A stretch of 64,000 nt of DNA from an uncultured Vampirovibrio sp. (GCA_910577515.1 CAJTLW010000006.1:46799-110798), one strand, 5' to 3'; shown: positions 18,766-28,870, counted from the first letter of the stretch. Notes: generated by a model not told the origin, from the letters alone. Numbers and translations are program-made.

Positions 18766-20556
18766 CTATTCTTTTAAAAATATAAAAATTCCCGTATTGT
18801 TATATTCTGCCTTTTTATCGGTAATTTTATAATATTTTATTTGTTTTAGATATTTATTTGATATCCGAAAAATATCAAAGGCTATTTTTGATGTAAGCAT
18901 ATAATATAAAGAGCCTTTATCATAAAGCTTGGATCGTTCTTCGTATGGCACTCCGTAAATTATGCCAATATCGTTTACGGCTCTAATATCATTAATTAGA
19001 ACAATAAATGCCTGGCCTTTTTGCATCTTATCAAAATATTGTGTTTTTAAATTGTTCTCAAGATGCTTGTTTATACTATCATTTATTACAAATTCTCTTA
19101 AAATTTCTCTTGCATTTTTTCTGTTTAATCTTTCTGTTGTATCTTTATCAAAAACGAAGGAAAAATATTTATTCCCGTTGTTTAAAAGCATATCGGTTGC
19201 TTCAAAATCAATATAAGTAATATTTTCAGGAAGATATCTTTTATATAGTTTCCCCATAATGGGGGCTATAATATAATCATCGGATTTGGTTTGGAACTGA
19301 TTAAACAAATTTCTTACAGGAGTACCAATGAGTGTTTGTTTTTTGATTGCTTCTTTTGAAAACACAAAATGCAGAATAGATATCGTATACAATATAAAAC
19401 AAACATACAAAATCTTTTTAAACCTTAAAAGCGAGAAACCATAAGCGCAAACAATTAAAATTACAGGATATACAATAAGGGTGTACCTTGCAATTAAAGA
19501 CATTTTTCCAAAGTGCGCCATTGTAAATTCAAATAAAAGGAATATTAAAGATGGAAAAAGAAACAACGCAAGATTTTTATTTTCTATGTTGCACGGCTTT
19601 AATTTTTCATCTTTAAATTTTAAAAAGTTTTGAATAATGGCTTCATATATCGCTCTAAAAAACCCCGTAAGGCAAAAAATAACAGGGAACAAAATTAAGA
19701 AAATCTGTTTAGGTTCAAAAATAGCAGAAATTATCTCATCATTGTATTCATAAGCGTTATTTAATGCATAATAAAAGTTTCCGGTAAAATAGCTTTGAAG
19801 AAAAATGCTTATAAAATCTGACTTATAGATAAAAATATCTTCTACAAAAGAGCAGATTGTATTCCTGTAAGCAAATATGCCATGCGCTGCCATTATAAAG
19901 CCCGGTATATAAAATATACCTGTAAGCAAATATGTTTTTAAGACTTTTATCCTGTCTTTTGAAAATATTATTCCGCACAAAAATTGGAAAAATATGAAAA
20001 TAAAACCAATATTAAAAGTATAAAGAAGCAGAAGGTTTGTTATAATAAGGGCTGTTTTATTTGTTTTATCCTCTTTATTTATAAATTCAACAAAAAAGAA
20101 TGAACTTAAAAGGGCAAGGAAGAAAAGTATCCCGTAAAATCTTAACTCTGTTGAATAATATATGGCAAAAGGGCTTATTGCAAGCATTATTGATGCAAAA
20201 TATCCACATTTTTTATTAAATAGTTTCTTTCCGATATAAAATGAAAAAGGAACAGCTAAAAACGAAGGTATAAACCCTAACAATCGCATCATTGTATCAT
20301 TTTGACCGAAAATTTTAATCCAAAAATGAAGGAGAATAAAATATAAAGGAGTATGTAAATCCTCAACATACAAAGATTTCACTACTTCAAACACGGAATC
20401 TTTGCTTGAAAAATAGAAGCTATATATTTCATCAAGCCACAAATCCCCCGCGCTAAACAGTGCAATGCATCTTAAAACAAGAGCAAAAAGCGATATTAAT
20501 AAAACAACCACCGCCTCTTTTTTGTTCTCTTCAATATATTTTTTTAAAACTTCCAT
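18766..20556 (-). CDS. Membrane GT-C glycosyltransferase (family 39/ArnT-like)
   Basis: 596 aa and polytopic. The N-terminal loop carries the DE motif (GDLWLDEIYSFYF), and the gene pairs with the adjacent Dpm1-like GT2. Confidence 0.65.
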   Translation of the reverse strand: MEVLKKYIEENKKEAVVVLLISLFALVLRCIALFSAGDLWLDEIYSFYFSSKDSVFEVVKSLYVEDLHTPLYFILLHFWIKIFGQNDTMMRLLGFIPSFLAVPFSFYIGKKLFNKKCGYFASIMLAISPFAIYYSTELRFYGILFFLALLSSFFFVEFINKEDKTNKTALIITNLLLLYTFNIGFIFIFFQFLCGIIFSKDRIKVLKTYLLTGIFYIPGFIMAAHGIFAYRNTICSFVEDIFIYKSDFISIFLQSYFTGNFYYALNNAYEYNDEIISAIFEPKQIFLILFPVIFCLTGFFRAIYEAIIQNFLKFKDEKLKPCNIENKNLALFLFPSLIFLLFEFTMAHFGKMSLIARYTLIVYPVILIVCAYGFSLLRFKKILYVCFILYTISILHFVFSKEAIKKQTLIGTPVRNLFNQFQTKSDDYIIAPIMGKLYKRYLPENITYIDFEATDMLLNNGNKYFSFVFDKDTTERLNRKNAREILREFVINDSINKHLENNLKTQYFDKMQKGQAFIVLINDIRAVNDIGIIYGVPYEERSKLYDKGSLYYMLTSKIAFDIFRISNKYLKQIKYYKITDKKAEYNNTGIFIFLKE

Positions 20557-20572
20557 TTAACAATCCTTTTTC

Positions 20573-22003
20573 TTATGCCCCAAGGGCGTCTTTATAAAGC
20601 GCAACATAACATTTAGCCGCATCATCCCATGTAAAACGGCATTTTATGGCATTATCCACCATTTTATTAAATTCATCCCTGCGGTCAATGTAAGTCCAAA
20701 CGCCTTTTTTAATTTCATCCACCATGCTGCGTGCATCATAGGTTAAAAATTTAAAACCGTTTGCCTTTTCATTTGGGTAAGCAACAACCGTATCATCCAA
20801 ACCACCTACAGCACGCACAATCGGGAGCGTTCCGTATTTCATTGCAACCATCTGGCTTATTCCGCAGGGTTCAAACAGTGAAGGCATTAAAAACATATCC
20901 GAGCCTTTATAAATAATCTCAGATAGTTCGGGCTTAAAATCAATCCAGGCACGGATATTTGATGAATTATTGCTGCTCCAGATAAGCATATTTTGATACC
21001 CGTCTTCACCCGTTCCTAAAAATACAAAATCAGCCGGAAGTCCCATTAAATCAAACTTTGCAAAATCAATTAAATCAAGCCCTTTTTGATATGTAAGGCG
21101 GGAAATCATTGAAATTAAAGGCCTATCAGGGTTAATTGGAAGCCCGAACATTTTTTGCACTTCTTCTTTAAATTTAGGCTTTTCTTTTTTGTTAAAATCA
21201 TGGCTGCCGTATGTTGTACCGTTTAATATGCCGCAAAGCTTATAAGTTTGCCCGCGAAGCGTATAATCCATTCCTTCACCGAATTCTCCACCCAAAATTT
21301 CCCTTGCATACCTTGGCGATACAGTTGTAATCTTATCAGCACAATATAATGCACCTTTCAGCCAGTTTACCCTGCCGTAATGTTCAACACAATTATCATG
21401 GTAAACGTTATCCCATCTCATATTTGAAAAATCAATTATAGCCTTATCACAAGAGCCTTGGTAGGCAAGATTATGGATTGTGAAAACGGATTTTGCATTT
21501 TTATAAAATTCATCATATTTATAGTTAGATTTTAAATAAACAGGTATCATTGCAGTGTGCCAATCATTAGCATGGATTATATCCGCCTTAAAATTTAAAA
21601 GCTTTGCATATTCTAAAACAGCAAGCGAAAAAGACACATATCTTTGCATCTCATACATTTCATCACACCACATCGGATACACAACATTAAAGCAGGAGAA
21701 ATATTTCGGGTTATCCACAAAAAATATGTTTACATTTTTGGATTTCGGGTGCTTGCACATTTTTAATTTAAAAATATGGCGGGAATTTCCCATATCAAGG
21801 GTAAGTTCTGAATTCGGAAGTTCTTTTATGCCCCATTTTTCTTCATCAATACACCCGTAAAGCGGTGTAAAAACGGCAACTTCCGTCCCTTCTTTTTCTA
21901 AATAAGGAGGCAATTCGCCAACAACATCAGCCAACCCCCCGACCTTTGAAAACGGTGCCACCTCAGCACTTGCAATCAGCACCTTTAATTTCTTTTCAAA
22001 CAT
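20573..22003 (-). CDS. glgA: Glycogen synthase
   Basis: KVLIASAEVAPFSKVGGLADVVG N terminus and C-terminal GT5 blocks (PSLFEPCGISQM). Confidence 0.92.
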   Translation of the reverse strand: MFEKKLKVLIASAEVAPFSKVGGLADVVGELPPYLEKEGTEVAVFTPLYGCIDEEKWGIKELPNSELTLDMGNSRHIFKLKMCKHPKSKNVNIFFVDNPKYFSCFNVVYPMWCDEMYEMQRYVSFSLAVLEYAKLLNFKADIIHANDWHTAMIPVYLKSNYKYDEFYKNAKSVFTIHNLAYQGSCDKAIIDFSNMRWDNVYHDNCVEHYGRVNWLKGALYCADKITTVSPRYAREILGGEFGEGMDYTLRGQTYKLCGILNGTTYGSHDFNKKEKPKFKEEVQKMFGLPINPDRPLISMISRLTYQKGLDLIDFAKFDLMGLPADFVFLGTGEDGYQNMLIWSSNNSSNIRAWIDFKPELSEIIYKGSDMFLMPSLFEPCGISQMVAMKYGTLPIVRAVGGLDDTVVAYPNEKANGFKFLTYDARSMVDEIKKGVWTYIDRRDEFNKMVDNAIKCRFTWDDAAKCYVALYKDALGA

Positions 22004-22032
22004 TTATCTTTTCTCCATCCATCAATTATTTT

Positions 22033-22659
22033 TTATCCCATTGATAATATTTTCAATGTTTCTTTTAATAATTCTTCGCTTGAATTATCCTCTATTGTTG
22101 CAGCACAGTGTTCTATTGCTGCCATATATTCATTCTGTGAATATCCTAAAGACTGCAAAATCGCCTGAACCTCTTTAATAGTTTCAGAAGACAGTTTTGT
22201 TTTAGAATTTTGAAGGCCTGAAACCCGATCTTCCATAATATTTGAAACTACATCATTATTTGTTAATTTGCCTTTTAACTCTAAAATAATCTTTTGTGCT
22301 AATTTTGGCCCTACACCTTTTGCACGGGAAATCAGCTTATAATCACCTTCTAATACGGCATTTATAAGTTCGCCCCCTGAAAATTCATCAAGTAAAACCA
22401 TCCCCACTTTGGTGCCAATCCCTGATACAGATGTTAAAATATCAAAAATTGCCCTGTCTTCTTTTTGTTTAAACCCGGTCAAATACATCGTATCTTCTTT
22501 GTGGATTAATTTTGAATAAATTTTAACCTCATCCCCTATTTCCCCAAGGGCAGAATGGGTTCTTGAATTAATCAAAAATTTATATCCGATGCCATTGTTT
22601 TCAACAACCACACATTCAGTGTTTTTAAAGGTTAAAATCCCTTTTATATAATCATACAT
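22033..22659 (-). CDS. ruvA: Holliday junction DNA helicase subunit RuvA
   Basis: MYDYIKGIL... OB domain, then HhH motifs (LTSVSGIGTKVGMVLL, AKGVGPKLAQKIILELK). Confidence 0.9.
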   Translation of the reverse strand: MYDYIKGILTFKNTECVVVENNGIGYKFLINSRTHSALGEIGDEVKIYSKLIHKEDTMYLTGFKQKEDRAIFDILTSVSGIGTKVGMVLLDEFSGGELINAVLEGDYKLISRAKGVGPKLAQKIILELKGKLTNNDVVSNIMEDRVSGLQNSKTKLSSETIKEVQAILQSLGYSQNEYMAAIEHCAATIEDNSSEELLKETLKILSMG

Positions 22660-23578
22660 ATAGTTTCTTCCCGAGTTTTTTTAATGTTTCAATATCTTCT
22701 TTAGGTTCAATCCCTATTGTTGTAAGGTAATTACCTATTAAAATGCCGTTAACGGTGTAATCCAAAGCCTTTTCCATATTTTCCTTGCTCAAACGGAGCT
22801 TCCTGCCGCCTGCAAAGCGTACAACAGAATCAGGGTTTGCAATTTTTATAATTGCAAGAGTTCTTAAAATCCCTTCTTCATCAATTTTATCCCCGTAGTT
22901 TTCAAAAGGAGTGCCTTCAATAGGGGTCAAGAAATTAACAGGAATAGAGTCTGGTTTAATTTCAGCGAGGTTTAGCGCCATCTCTACCCTTTGTTCAACA
23001 CTTTCACCCATCCCGATTATAACACCTGAGCATATTTCAATCCCCACATTTTTAATGTGGTTAATTGTATCAATTCTGTCTTGAAAACTATGAGTTGTTG
23101 TAATATAAGGATGATAGCTTCTTGAAGTATTGATATTATGGTGATATCGAACTAAGCCCGCTTCTTTAAATTGAAGTGTCTTTTGTTCATCTAAAAGCCC
23201 AAGCGAAGCACAACTTTTAAGCCCGAGTTTGTTGATTTCTTTTATCATCTCGCACATCACAGGCATATCTGCGTTGCTTGGCCCTCTGCCGGATGTCACT
23301 ATTGCAAACCTTACTGCACCATTTTCTTTCGCTTCTTTTGCCGTTTTTATAACATCTTCAATTTTTACCAGAGGATGAGTATAAATATCTGTCATATAAT
23401 GCGAGCTTTGTGCGCAATATCTGCAGCTTTCAGAACATTTTCCCGTTCTTGCGCTTATTAAAGAACAAAATTCAACCGTATCTGAATTATACTTTTTAGC
23501 CTCAGCTAAAAGCTTATCCAAAGGCATTTTATAAAGTTCAAGTAAACTTTTTTCATCAATCCCTGCTATAGCACTCAT
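22652..23578 (-). CDS. bioB: Biotin synthase
   Basis: Radical-SAM CxxxCxxC (GKCSESCRYCAQS) and BioB-like downstream blocks. It overlaps ruvA by 8 nt. Confidence 0.85.
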   Translation of the reverse strand: MSAIAGIDEKSLLELYKMPLDKLLAEAKKYNSDTVEFCSLISARTGKCSESCRYCAQSSHYMTDIYTHPLVKIEDVIKTAKEAKENGAVRFAIVTSGRGPSNADMPVMCEMIKEINKLGLKSCASLGLLDEQKTLQFKEAGLVRYHHNINTSRSYHPYITTTHSFQDRIDTINHIKNVGIEICSGVIIGMGESVEQRVEMALNLAEIKPDSIPVNFLTPIEGTPFENYGDKIDEEGILRTLAIIKIANPDSVVRFAGGRKLRLSKENMEKALDYTVNGILIGNYLTTIGIEPKEDIETLKKLGKKLYV

Positions 23579-23632
23579 ATTTAATAATTCCTTAAAAATC
23601 TTTTATAAGAATTATTATATTTCAAACAATAT

Positions 23633-24235
23633 TTATTTGCTGCTATTGTTATAAATTTCCAAAAGCTTTTTTGATTCTTTTTCTTTGCCTAAAAATTTAT
23701 AAGCATAGGCAAGGTTTATATAAAAATCTTTTTCATCCCCTTTAAGATAAATTGCTTTAATTAAATTTTTCTTTGCCTTTTCATATTTACCTGTGCGAAG
23801 GTATAATGTGCCTAAATTATAATAAGAATAGGCAAAATCTTTATTGTATTTAATAGCCAAAAGCAAATTTTTCTCTGCAAGTTCATAAGCTTTTTTGTTT
23901 AAAAATATACACCCTAAATTGTAATAAGCCTTGAAATATTCAGGATTAATCACAAGAGCTTTATTTAAATTTTCTACAGCTTTATTTAAATCAAGTTTAT
24001 CTTCATAAATATTTGCAATTAAAACAAAAACCTCTTCGTCTTTTTGTTCCAAAGGCAGATTTTCCAATAGTTTTAATGCTTCATTAATATTATTTGTATT
24101 ATAAAGAGCATAAGCTTCTGTTTTTACATCATTATCCTCAGCCCATGCCTTATCAAAATTTAAAAAAGAAATTCCAAAAATCAGGCAAAAGCAAGCAATT
24201 ATAGTATTTAATCGTAAAATTCCGTTCTTTCTCAT
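23633..24235 (-). CDS. Secreted TPR-repeat protein
   Basis: Signal/TM segment, then repeated AxxYYNLGxxY TPR motifs. Confidence 0.65.
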   Translation of the reverse strand: MRKNGILRLNTIIACFCLIFGISFLNFDKAWAEDNDVKTEAYALYNTNNINEALKLLENLPLEQKDEEVFVLIANIYEDKLDLNKAVENLNKALVINPEYFKAYYNLGCIFLNKKAYELAEKNLLLAIKYNKDFAYSYYNLGTLYLRTGKYEKAKKNLIKAIYLKGDEKDFYINLAYAYKFLGKEKESKKLLEIYNNSSK

Positions 24236-24288
24236 TTGATAAATTCCTTTTGTTTACATATAAAATGGTAACATTTAATTAATTTGTT

Positions 24289-24316
24289 TTGCAACTGATT
24301 ATTTTTAAAGTATAAT
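24289..24316 (+). promoter_or_regulatory. Sigma-70-like promoter (TTGCAA-16 nt-TATAAT)
   Basis: TTGCAA at 24289-24294 and TATAAT at 24311-24316, upstream of the LCP gene. Confidence 0.4.
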
Positions 24317-24375
24317 TTTTCCTATGAATAGTTTCTAACTTTCATAAAATTTCAAAAACAAGAGTATTAATAAAT

Positions 24376-25677
24376 ATGAATCAGTTATATGATCCTAAAA
24401 ACGCGTACAAGCCGGCAATAAAACCGGTGAGGAGGAGAACTTCAAATCAAACTGTAACAGGAAGCTTCTTTAAGTCTTTCTTTGGAAGCCTTCTAATCCT
24501 TTCTGTTATTGCTATTGTTTTATACAGAGCTGAAGTTATAAACTTTATAGGAGATGTTGGTACCTTTACACAACAGGTTACAGACCCGGATAAAAGGGTT
24601 GAATTTTCTCTGCCGTTTTCCCCAAAGAGACAAAATATTCTTGTTATGGGCGTAGATGCCGTTTCAAACGAAGGCGGAGACCCATTTAAAGGAAACCGTT
24701 CTGACGCTATGCTTCTTGTAAGTATTGCCCCGCATGGAAAAAATGTTAATGTAATTTCAATTCCAAGAGACAGCAAAGTATACATTGCAGACAGAACAAA
24801 ACCTGATAAAATCAACCACGCTTTTGCGTACGGCGGAATAAATTTAACCGTTAAAACCGTTGAAGAAACCTTCGGAGTTAGGGTTGACCATTATATAGTT
24901 CTATCAAACCAGGGGCTTGTTAAATTTATAGATACCATAGGCGGCCTCCCGATTTATATTGAAAAAGATATGTATTATAACGATATAAGCGGAGATTTAC
25001 ATATTAATTTACCTAAAGGAGACAGGGTTTTAACAGGTAAAGAAGCCGAAGGTTATATGCGCTTTAGAAAAGATGCACTTGGTGACATCGGAAGAATTCG
25101 CCGCCAGCAATGGTTTTTTAACGCTCTCGGTGCAAGAATGAAAGACTCGCAAGTGTTGGTTAAAATCCCTGAAGTTTTAAAGGTAATGCCAAAGTATATT
25201 TTAACAGACCTTTCTGTCTATGAATTATCCCAATATGCAGCCTTAGCTAAAAATATTGATATGGCAACCGTTCAGGTTGCAACATTGCCGGGGTCTCCAT
25301 CACAAAGAGGAAGTATCAGCTATTGGATTTTAGACCCTGAAAAAACTCAGGATATAATTAACAGGCTCGTTTACAGAGATAAACCAAAAGCCTTAAACGG
25401 CCCTGTTTCTGTAGGTATTTTATACACACCGGATATGCAAACTAAAGCTGAAGATTTAAAACAGGCGCTTGAAAATAACGGTTTAAATGTAAATATGAAA
25501 TCGGCCGCAAAATTAGGTCACGACCATATTGCTATTCACAATCTTGATTTGCCTACAGAAGTTATCGCAAGCCTTAAAAAACATATCCCCGATATGAAAA
25601 ACAAACAAACCGTTTATGACCCCATCGGCTTAAATAAAGCCGGAAGAGATTTCACCATCATCCTCGCCGGTTCTTAA
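24376..25677 (+). CDS. LytR-CpsA-Psr (LCP) family cell-envelope phosphotransferase
   Basis: N-terminal TM segment, then LCP blocks (ILVMGVD, RSDAMLLVSI, SIPRDS, INHAF) and a C-terminal LytR_C-like extension. Confidence 0.8.
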   Translation: MNQLYDPKNAYKPAIKPVRRRTSNQTVTGSFFKSFFGSLLILSVIAIVLYRAEVINFIGDVGTFTQQVTDPDKRVEFSLPFSPKRQNILVMGVDAVSNEGGDPFKGNRSDAMLLVSIAPHGKNVNVISIPRDSKVYIADRTKPDKINHAFAYGGINLTVKTVEETFGVRVDHYIVLSNQGLVKFIDTIGGLPIYIEKDMYYNDISGDLHINLPKGDRVLTGKEAEGYMRFRKDALGDIGRIRRQQWFFNALGARMKDSQVLVKIPEVLKVMPKYILTDLSVYELSQYAALAKNIDMATVQVATLPGSPSQRGSISYWILDPEKTQDIINRLVYRDKPKALNGPVSVGILYTPDMQTKAEDLKQALENNGLNVNMKSAAKLGHDHIAIHNLDLPTEVIASLKKHIPDMKNKQTVYDPIGLNKAGRDFTIILAGS

Positions 25678-25679
25678 AA

Positions 25680-25883
25680 TTAATCCGGTATATATTTGAA
25701 AATATCGTTGGTATCACATTCAAGTGCGTAGCATAATTTATTCAGCGTTTCTAAATCAATACGTGTATAGTTGCCTTTGTAGATTTTAAGAATTATATGA
25801 CTGTCAAGACCTGTTAATTTTACAATGTCGCGTCTATCCAGTTTCTTTTCACCTAAAATTTTTGCAAACCTGTTTTCTATCAT
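25680..25883 (-). CDS. Small XRE-family HTH transcriptional regulator
   Basis: 67 aa. The pattern FAKILGEKKLDRRDIVKLTGLDSHIILKIYKG...LETLNKLCYALECDTNDIFKY is Cro/C1-like. Confidence 0.75.
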   Translation of the reverse strand: MIENRFAKILGEKKLDRRDIVKLTGLDSHIILKIYKGNYTRIDLETLNKLCYALECDTNDIFKYIPD

Positions 25884-25983
25884 TTAATCATAATAATACC
25901 TGCGTAGCTATATATCTTATTTAGTAGTTTACATAACTAAACAGTATATTTACATACTATTTTTTTTAATATATTGTAATATT

Positions 25984-26300
25984 ATGAACAATCAATTAAA
26001 CATAAGAATAGAACTTGATGGCATATTAAATATAGACAGACGAAGAAAAAAATATGACAATACTGCACCCCAAAATAAAAATGCTTTAAAATTTATTGAA
26101 AAATTATCAAAAAAATTTAATGTAATTCTAAAAACAAAACATAATAAAATTTAGCTGCAAAATGGCTTGCGGATAATGATATGTCAACTCTAATCCCTTG
26201 CCTTTTAAATAAAGAAGAAACCTTTACTCTATATATTGATGCCAAATGTTTAAACAACTGCAAAGATTTTGATGAATTTTATAATGTGCTTATAAGTTAA
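25984..26300 (+). pseudogene. Frameshifted, degenerate HAD/NT5C-like phosphatase remnant
   Basis: ATG 25984 to TAG 26152-26154 encodes MNNQLNIRIELDGIL...FNVILKTKHNKI. The sequence continues in the -1 frame from 26148 to TAA 26298-26300 (NLAAKWLADNDM...YIDAKCLNN...). HAD-like spacing is present, but the catalytic Asp positions read ELDG and IDAK. Confidence 0.3.
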
Positions 26301-26325
26301 ACAGAGTGCATTTTAAGTCTATTAT

Positions 26326-26677
26326 CCCGTCATGCTGAACTATTTTCGGCATCTATCCGACATTAGATTTATGCAGAAGCTTAGATATTAAAAATTTATA
26401 GCAGTTTTAGCAACACTCATAGAATTTCTAAGCTTTTTGGTTTTTAGTTTAATAAGTTAACTAAAGTATGTATTTTCTTGTAGAAAATTTCTTTATAAAA
26501 AAAAGACCGTTAAAAATTCGCGTCGCAATATTAATTGTGAACTTCTTAGCTGGTTTTCGGCCGGGCGAATCCCCGTGTCTTTTTTTTATAAAGAAATTTT
26601 AGAAGAGAAAATCCAAAAAATAGCGAGGTTTTAATCCAATGCTAATTAGATGCCAAAACTAGTTCAGTATGACAGGG
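26326..26677. repeat. 352-nt nested-hairpin element R1 (MITE-like or large structured RNA)
   Basis: The closing helix pairs 26326-26369 with 26633-26677. Inside are hairpins at 26377-26436 and 26444-26466, and a long hairpin pairing 26471-26507 with 26577-26612 (24 perfect bp plus an extension) that caps a GC-richer core. Confidence 0.6.
26376..26434. repeat. 59-nt conserved module, copy 1
   Basis: GAAGCTTAGATATTAAAAATTTATAGCAGTTTTAGCAACACTCATAGAATTTCTAAGCT. About 51 of 59 positions match 29449-29507 (hand count, ungapped). Confidence 0.8.
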
Positions 26678-26880
26678 TTAAGTTTAAGATGACAAGTTTC
26701 TATTGGCAATGTTTTATTGGCTTTCAAGAGTTTTTACTTTAAGTTTACTACCGTCTGCCCCAAGGGAGATTTTCGCACCTGTTATCAATACAATACATCC
26801 TCCATCCGGTTTATTAATGGTGCTTAAAATTATCCTAAACGGTTGATTTTTAATTTTAAAAAATATAAGACAATAAGTTT

Positions 26881-27081
26881 ATGAACACAAACGAAAAATG
26901 TCTTTTAAATTATTTAGCTTGCCTGAACACAGCATCTGGTGCGGCAGAGCATCTTATGAAATTTCTAAATCTGCACAACAGGAAAATTGAATTTCATAAT
27001 TTAAACCCTATATTTGACATTATTGATGAAATGGAATTTTCAAACTATAATATAGCCTATGAACAAGAAAATTTGGGTTAA
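26881..27081 (+). CDS. Hypothetical small protein (doubtful)
   Basis: 66-aa ORF with no obvious SD. It overlaps the cyclase gene start by 23 nt. Confidence 0.3.
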   Translation: MNTNEKCLLNYLACLNTASGAAEHLMKFLNLHNRKIEFHNLNPIFDIIDEMEFSNYNIAYEQENLG

Positions 27082-28870
27082 AGTTTCTTATATTTTAGCA
27101 TCCCTGTTGGTTTTTGGGGTGTTTTTGTATTTAATTCAAATCCCTTCTGCAAAAGATTTTTTAACAAAAATTGAAAACACTACTTTTGATTTGAGGCAAA
27201 ATATCGTTTCAAAACATAAAAAAACATCCGATAAAATCGTGATTATCGATGTAAACGATGCAAGTTATGAATATATTGTGGATAAATATGGTAGCTGGCC
27301 TGCCCCAAGAGCTTTTTGGGCAGATTTAATCACAAACCTTGAGCCTGTTCATCCTGATATGATAATTTTTGATATGCTCTTTTTAAAAAAACATAAGGCA
27401 GACGGGGCTTCGGATTTTGAACTCATAAAAGCAGTAAACACCAATAAAAACGTTTACATTTCAATGAATTTGGATAATTACCCTCCTGAAGTCAGAATTC
27501 CGCCACAATTGCCGGATGCCTTAAAAAACACAATAGAAAATGATTTTTTGATAAAACAAAACCCTGATTTATCATATTCAAACTGCCGCCCTGTAATTGA
27601 TGAAATATTAAACGGCACAAAAAATATAGGTTTAATCAATGTTCAAAGAGATAAAGACGGCATTTTAAGAACTATGCCCCCGTTTTCATATTATAAAGGC
27701 GCTTATTATAAGCACCTTACAATCCTTGCAGGGCTTGATTATTTGAATATCGATAAAAATTCTTTCAAAATGAACCGCAACGGAAATATCGCGCTTGATA
27801 AAAAGCATACGCTCCCCTTAACAAAAGAAGGCAAAGTAATTTTAAATTGGTATGGCCCTGAATGGAGCTTTAATTATGTTCCTTTGTGGAGAACGGTGGA
27901 AGCCATCAAAAAGAACGACAGGAAATTTTTAGAAGATAATTTTAAAGATAAAATTGTATTCGTTGGCGTTACCGCAAACAGTCTTTCTGATATTAAAAGC
28001 ACCCCTGTTTCCTATATGTTCCCGGGCGTTGAAGTTCAGGCAACGTTTTTAAACAATCTTCTTGATAACAATTTTATTAAAAAAACGAGCGTATTTTTTG
28101 ATATATTAATTGCCCTTTTGCTTGCCGTATTAACGGGTTTTGGGGTTATGAATTTTAAAGCGCCGATGAAAGCTGTTTTATTGTTCTTCGGGCTTCAGGC
28201 GGCATATTTTGTAATCTCAATACTTCTTATGGGCTTTTTCAACATCTGGACAGGTTTAATTGCGCCTTTCGTATTGAGTATTTTAACCTTTATTGCAGCT
28301 TACGTTGTTAAATATTTATTAACATCGCGCGATTATGAACACACCTATAAGCTTGCTGTCACAGACGGTTTAACCGAAATGTTCAACCACAGATATTTTC
28401 AAGAACAAATGACCAATAATATAGGAAACGCAAAAAGGTATAATAGCGTATTCTCTTTAATTATGGTAGATATTGATTTCTTTAAAAAGTTTAATGATAC
28501 ATACGGACACCAATCAGGCGATGCTGTTTTAAGGCAGGTAGCCCAAACCATAAAAAGAAATATCCGCTCAACCGATATCCCCTGTAGATATGGCGGCGAA
28601 GAAATGTCTGTCATCTTAACAAACACAAACAAAGAAGATGCAGTTAAAACTGCAATTAAAATTTGCGAAGCGGTAAGAAACAAAGAATTTGAGCTTGCAA
28701 CCGGCGATTGGACACATGTTACAATAAGCCTTGGGGTTGCTGCAATGCCTGAAAACGGCGACACAACAGAAAAATTAATTGAATATGCCGATAAATGCTT
28801 ATACATAGCAAAAAGAAACGGCAGAAATCAAGTCGTATCCGAAGCCCCCGAAGACACTCCGACAGAGTAG
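27059..28870 (+). CDS. CHASE2-domain membrane diguanylate cyclase (GGDEF)
   Basis: N-terminal TM segment, a periplasmic CHASE2-like region, three TM segments, then a GGDEF domain with GGEEM at the active site and an RxxD I-site (RSTDIPCRYGGEEM). Confidence 0.85.
   Translation: MNKKIWVKVSYILASLLVFGVFLYLIQIPSAKDFLTKIENTTFDLRQNIVSKHKKTSDKIVIIDVNDASYEYIVDKYGSWPAPRAFWADLITNLEPVHPDMIIFDMLFLKKHKADGASDFELIKAVNTNKNVYISMNLDNYPPEVRIPPQLPDALKNTIENDFLIKQNPDLSYSNCRPVIDEILNGTKNIGLINVQRDKDGILRTMPPFSYYKGAYYKHLTILAGLDYLNIDKNSFKMNRNGNIALDKKHTLPLTKEGKVILNWYGPEWSFNYVPLWRTVEAIKKNDRKFLEDNFKDKIVFVGVTANSLSDIKSTPVSYMFPGVEVQATFLNNLLDNNFIKKTSVFFDILIALLLAVLTGFGVMNFKAPMKAVLLFFGLQAAYFVISILLMGFFNIWTGLIAPFVLSILTFIAAYVVKYLLTSRDYEHTYKLAVTDGLTEMFNHRYFQEQMTNNIGNAKRYNSVFSLIMVDIDFFKKFNDTYGHQSGDAVLRQVAQTIKRNIRSTDIPCRYGGEEMSVILTNTNKEDAVKTAIKICEAVRNKEFELATGDWTHVTISLGVAAMPENGDTTEKLIEYADKCLYIAKRNGRNQVVSEAPEDTPTE

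Noticed and set aside
26540-26576. tRNA-like T-arm (GGGCGAATCCCC) and TAGCTGGTT D-arm-like string in the R1 core
   Set aside because: No acceptor stem, anticodon arm or correct spacing can be drawn. The stem is only 4 bp, which is most likely a chance resemblance.
26326-26677. Retron msr-msd interpretation of R1
   Set aside because: I kept it only as an analogy in the findings. No reverse transcriptase ORF lies downstream or anywhere in the window, and the terminal inverted repeats are much longer than typical retron a1/a2 repeats.
26690-26870. Minus-strand open frame of about 50 codons ending ...INKPDGGCIVLITGAKISLGADGSKLKVKTLESQ
   Set aside because: There is no ATG, GTG or TTG start after the upstream in-frame TAA, and no SD. 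At best it is a gene fragment.
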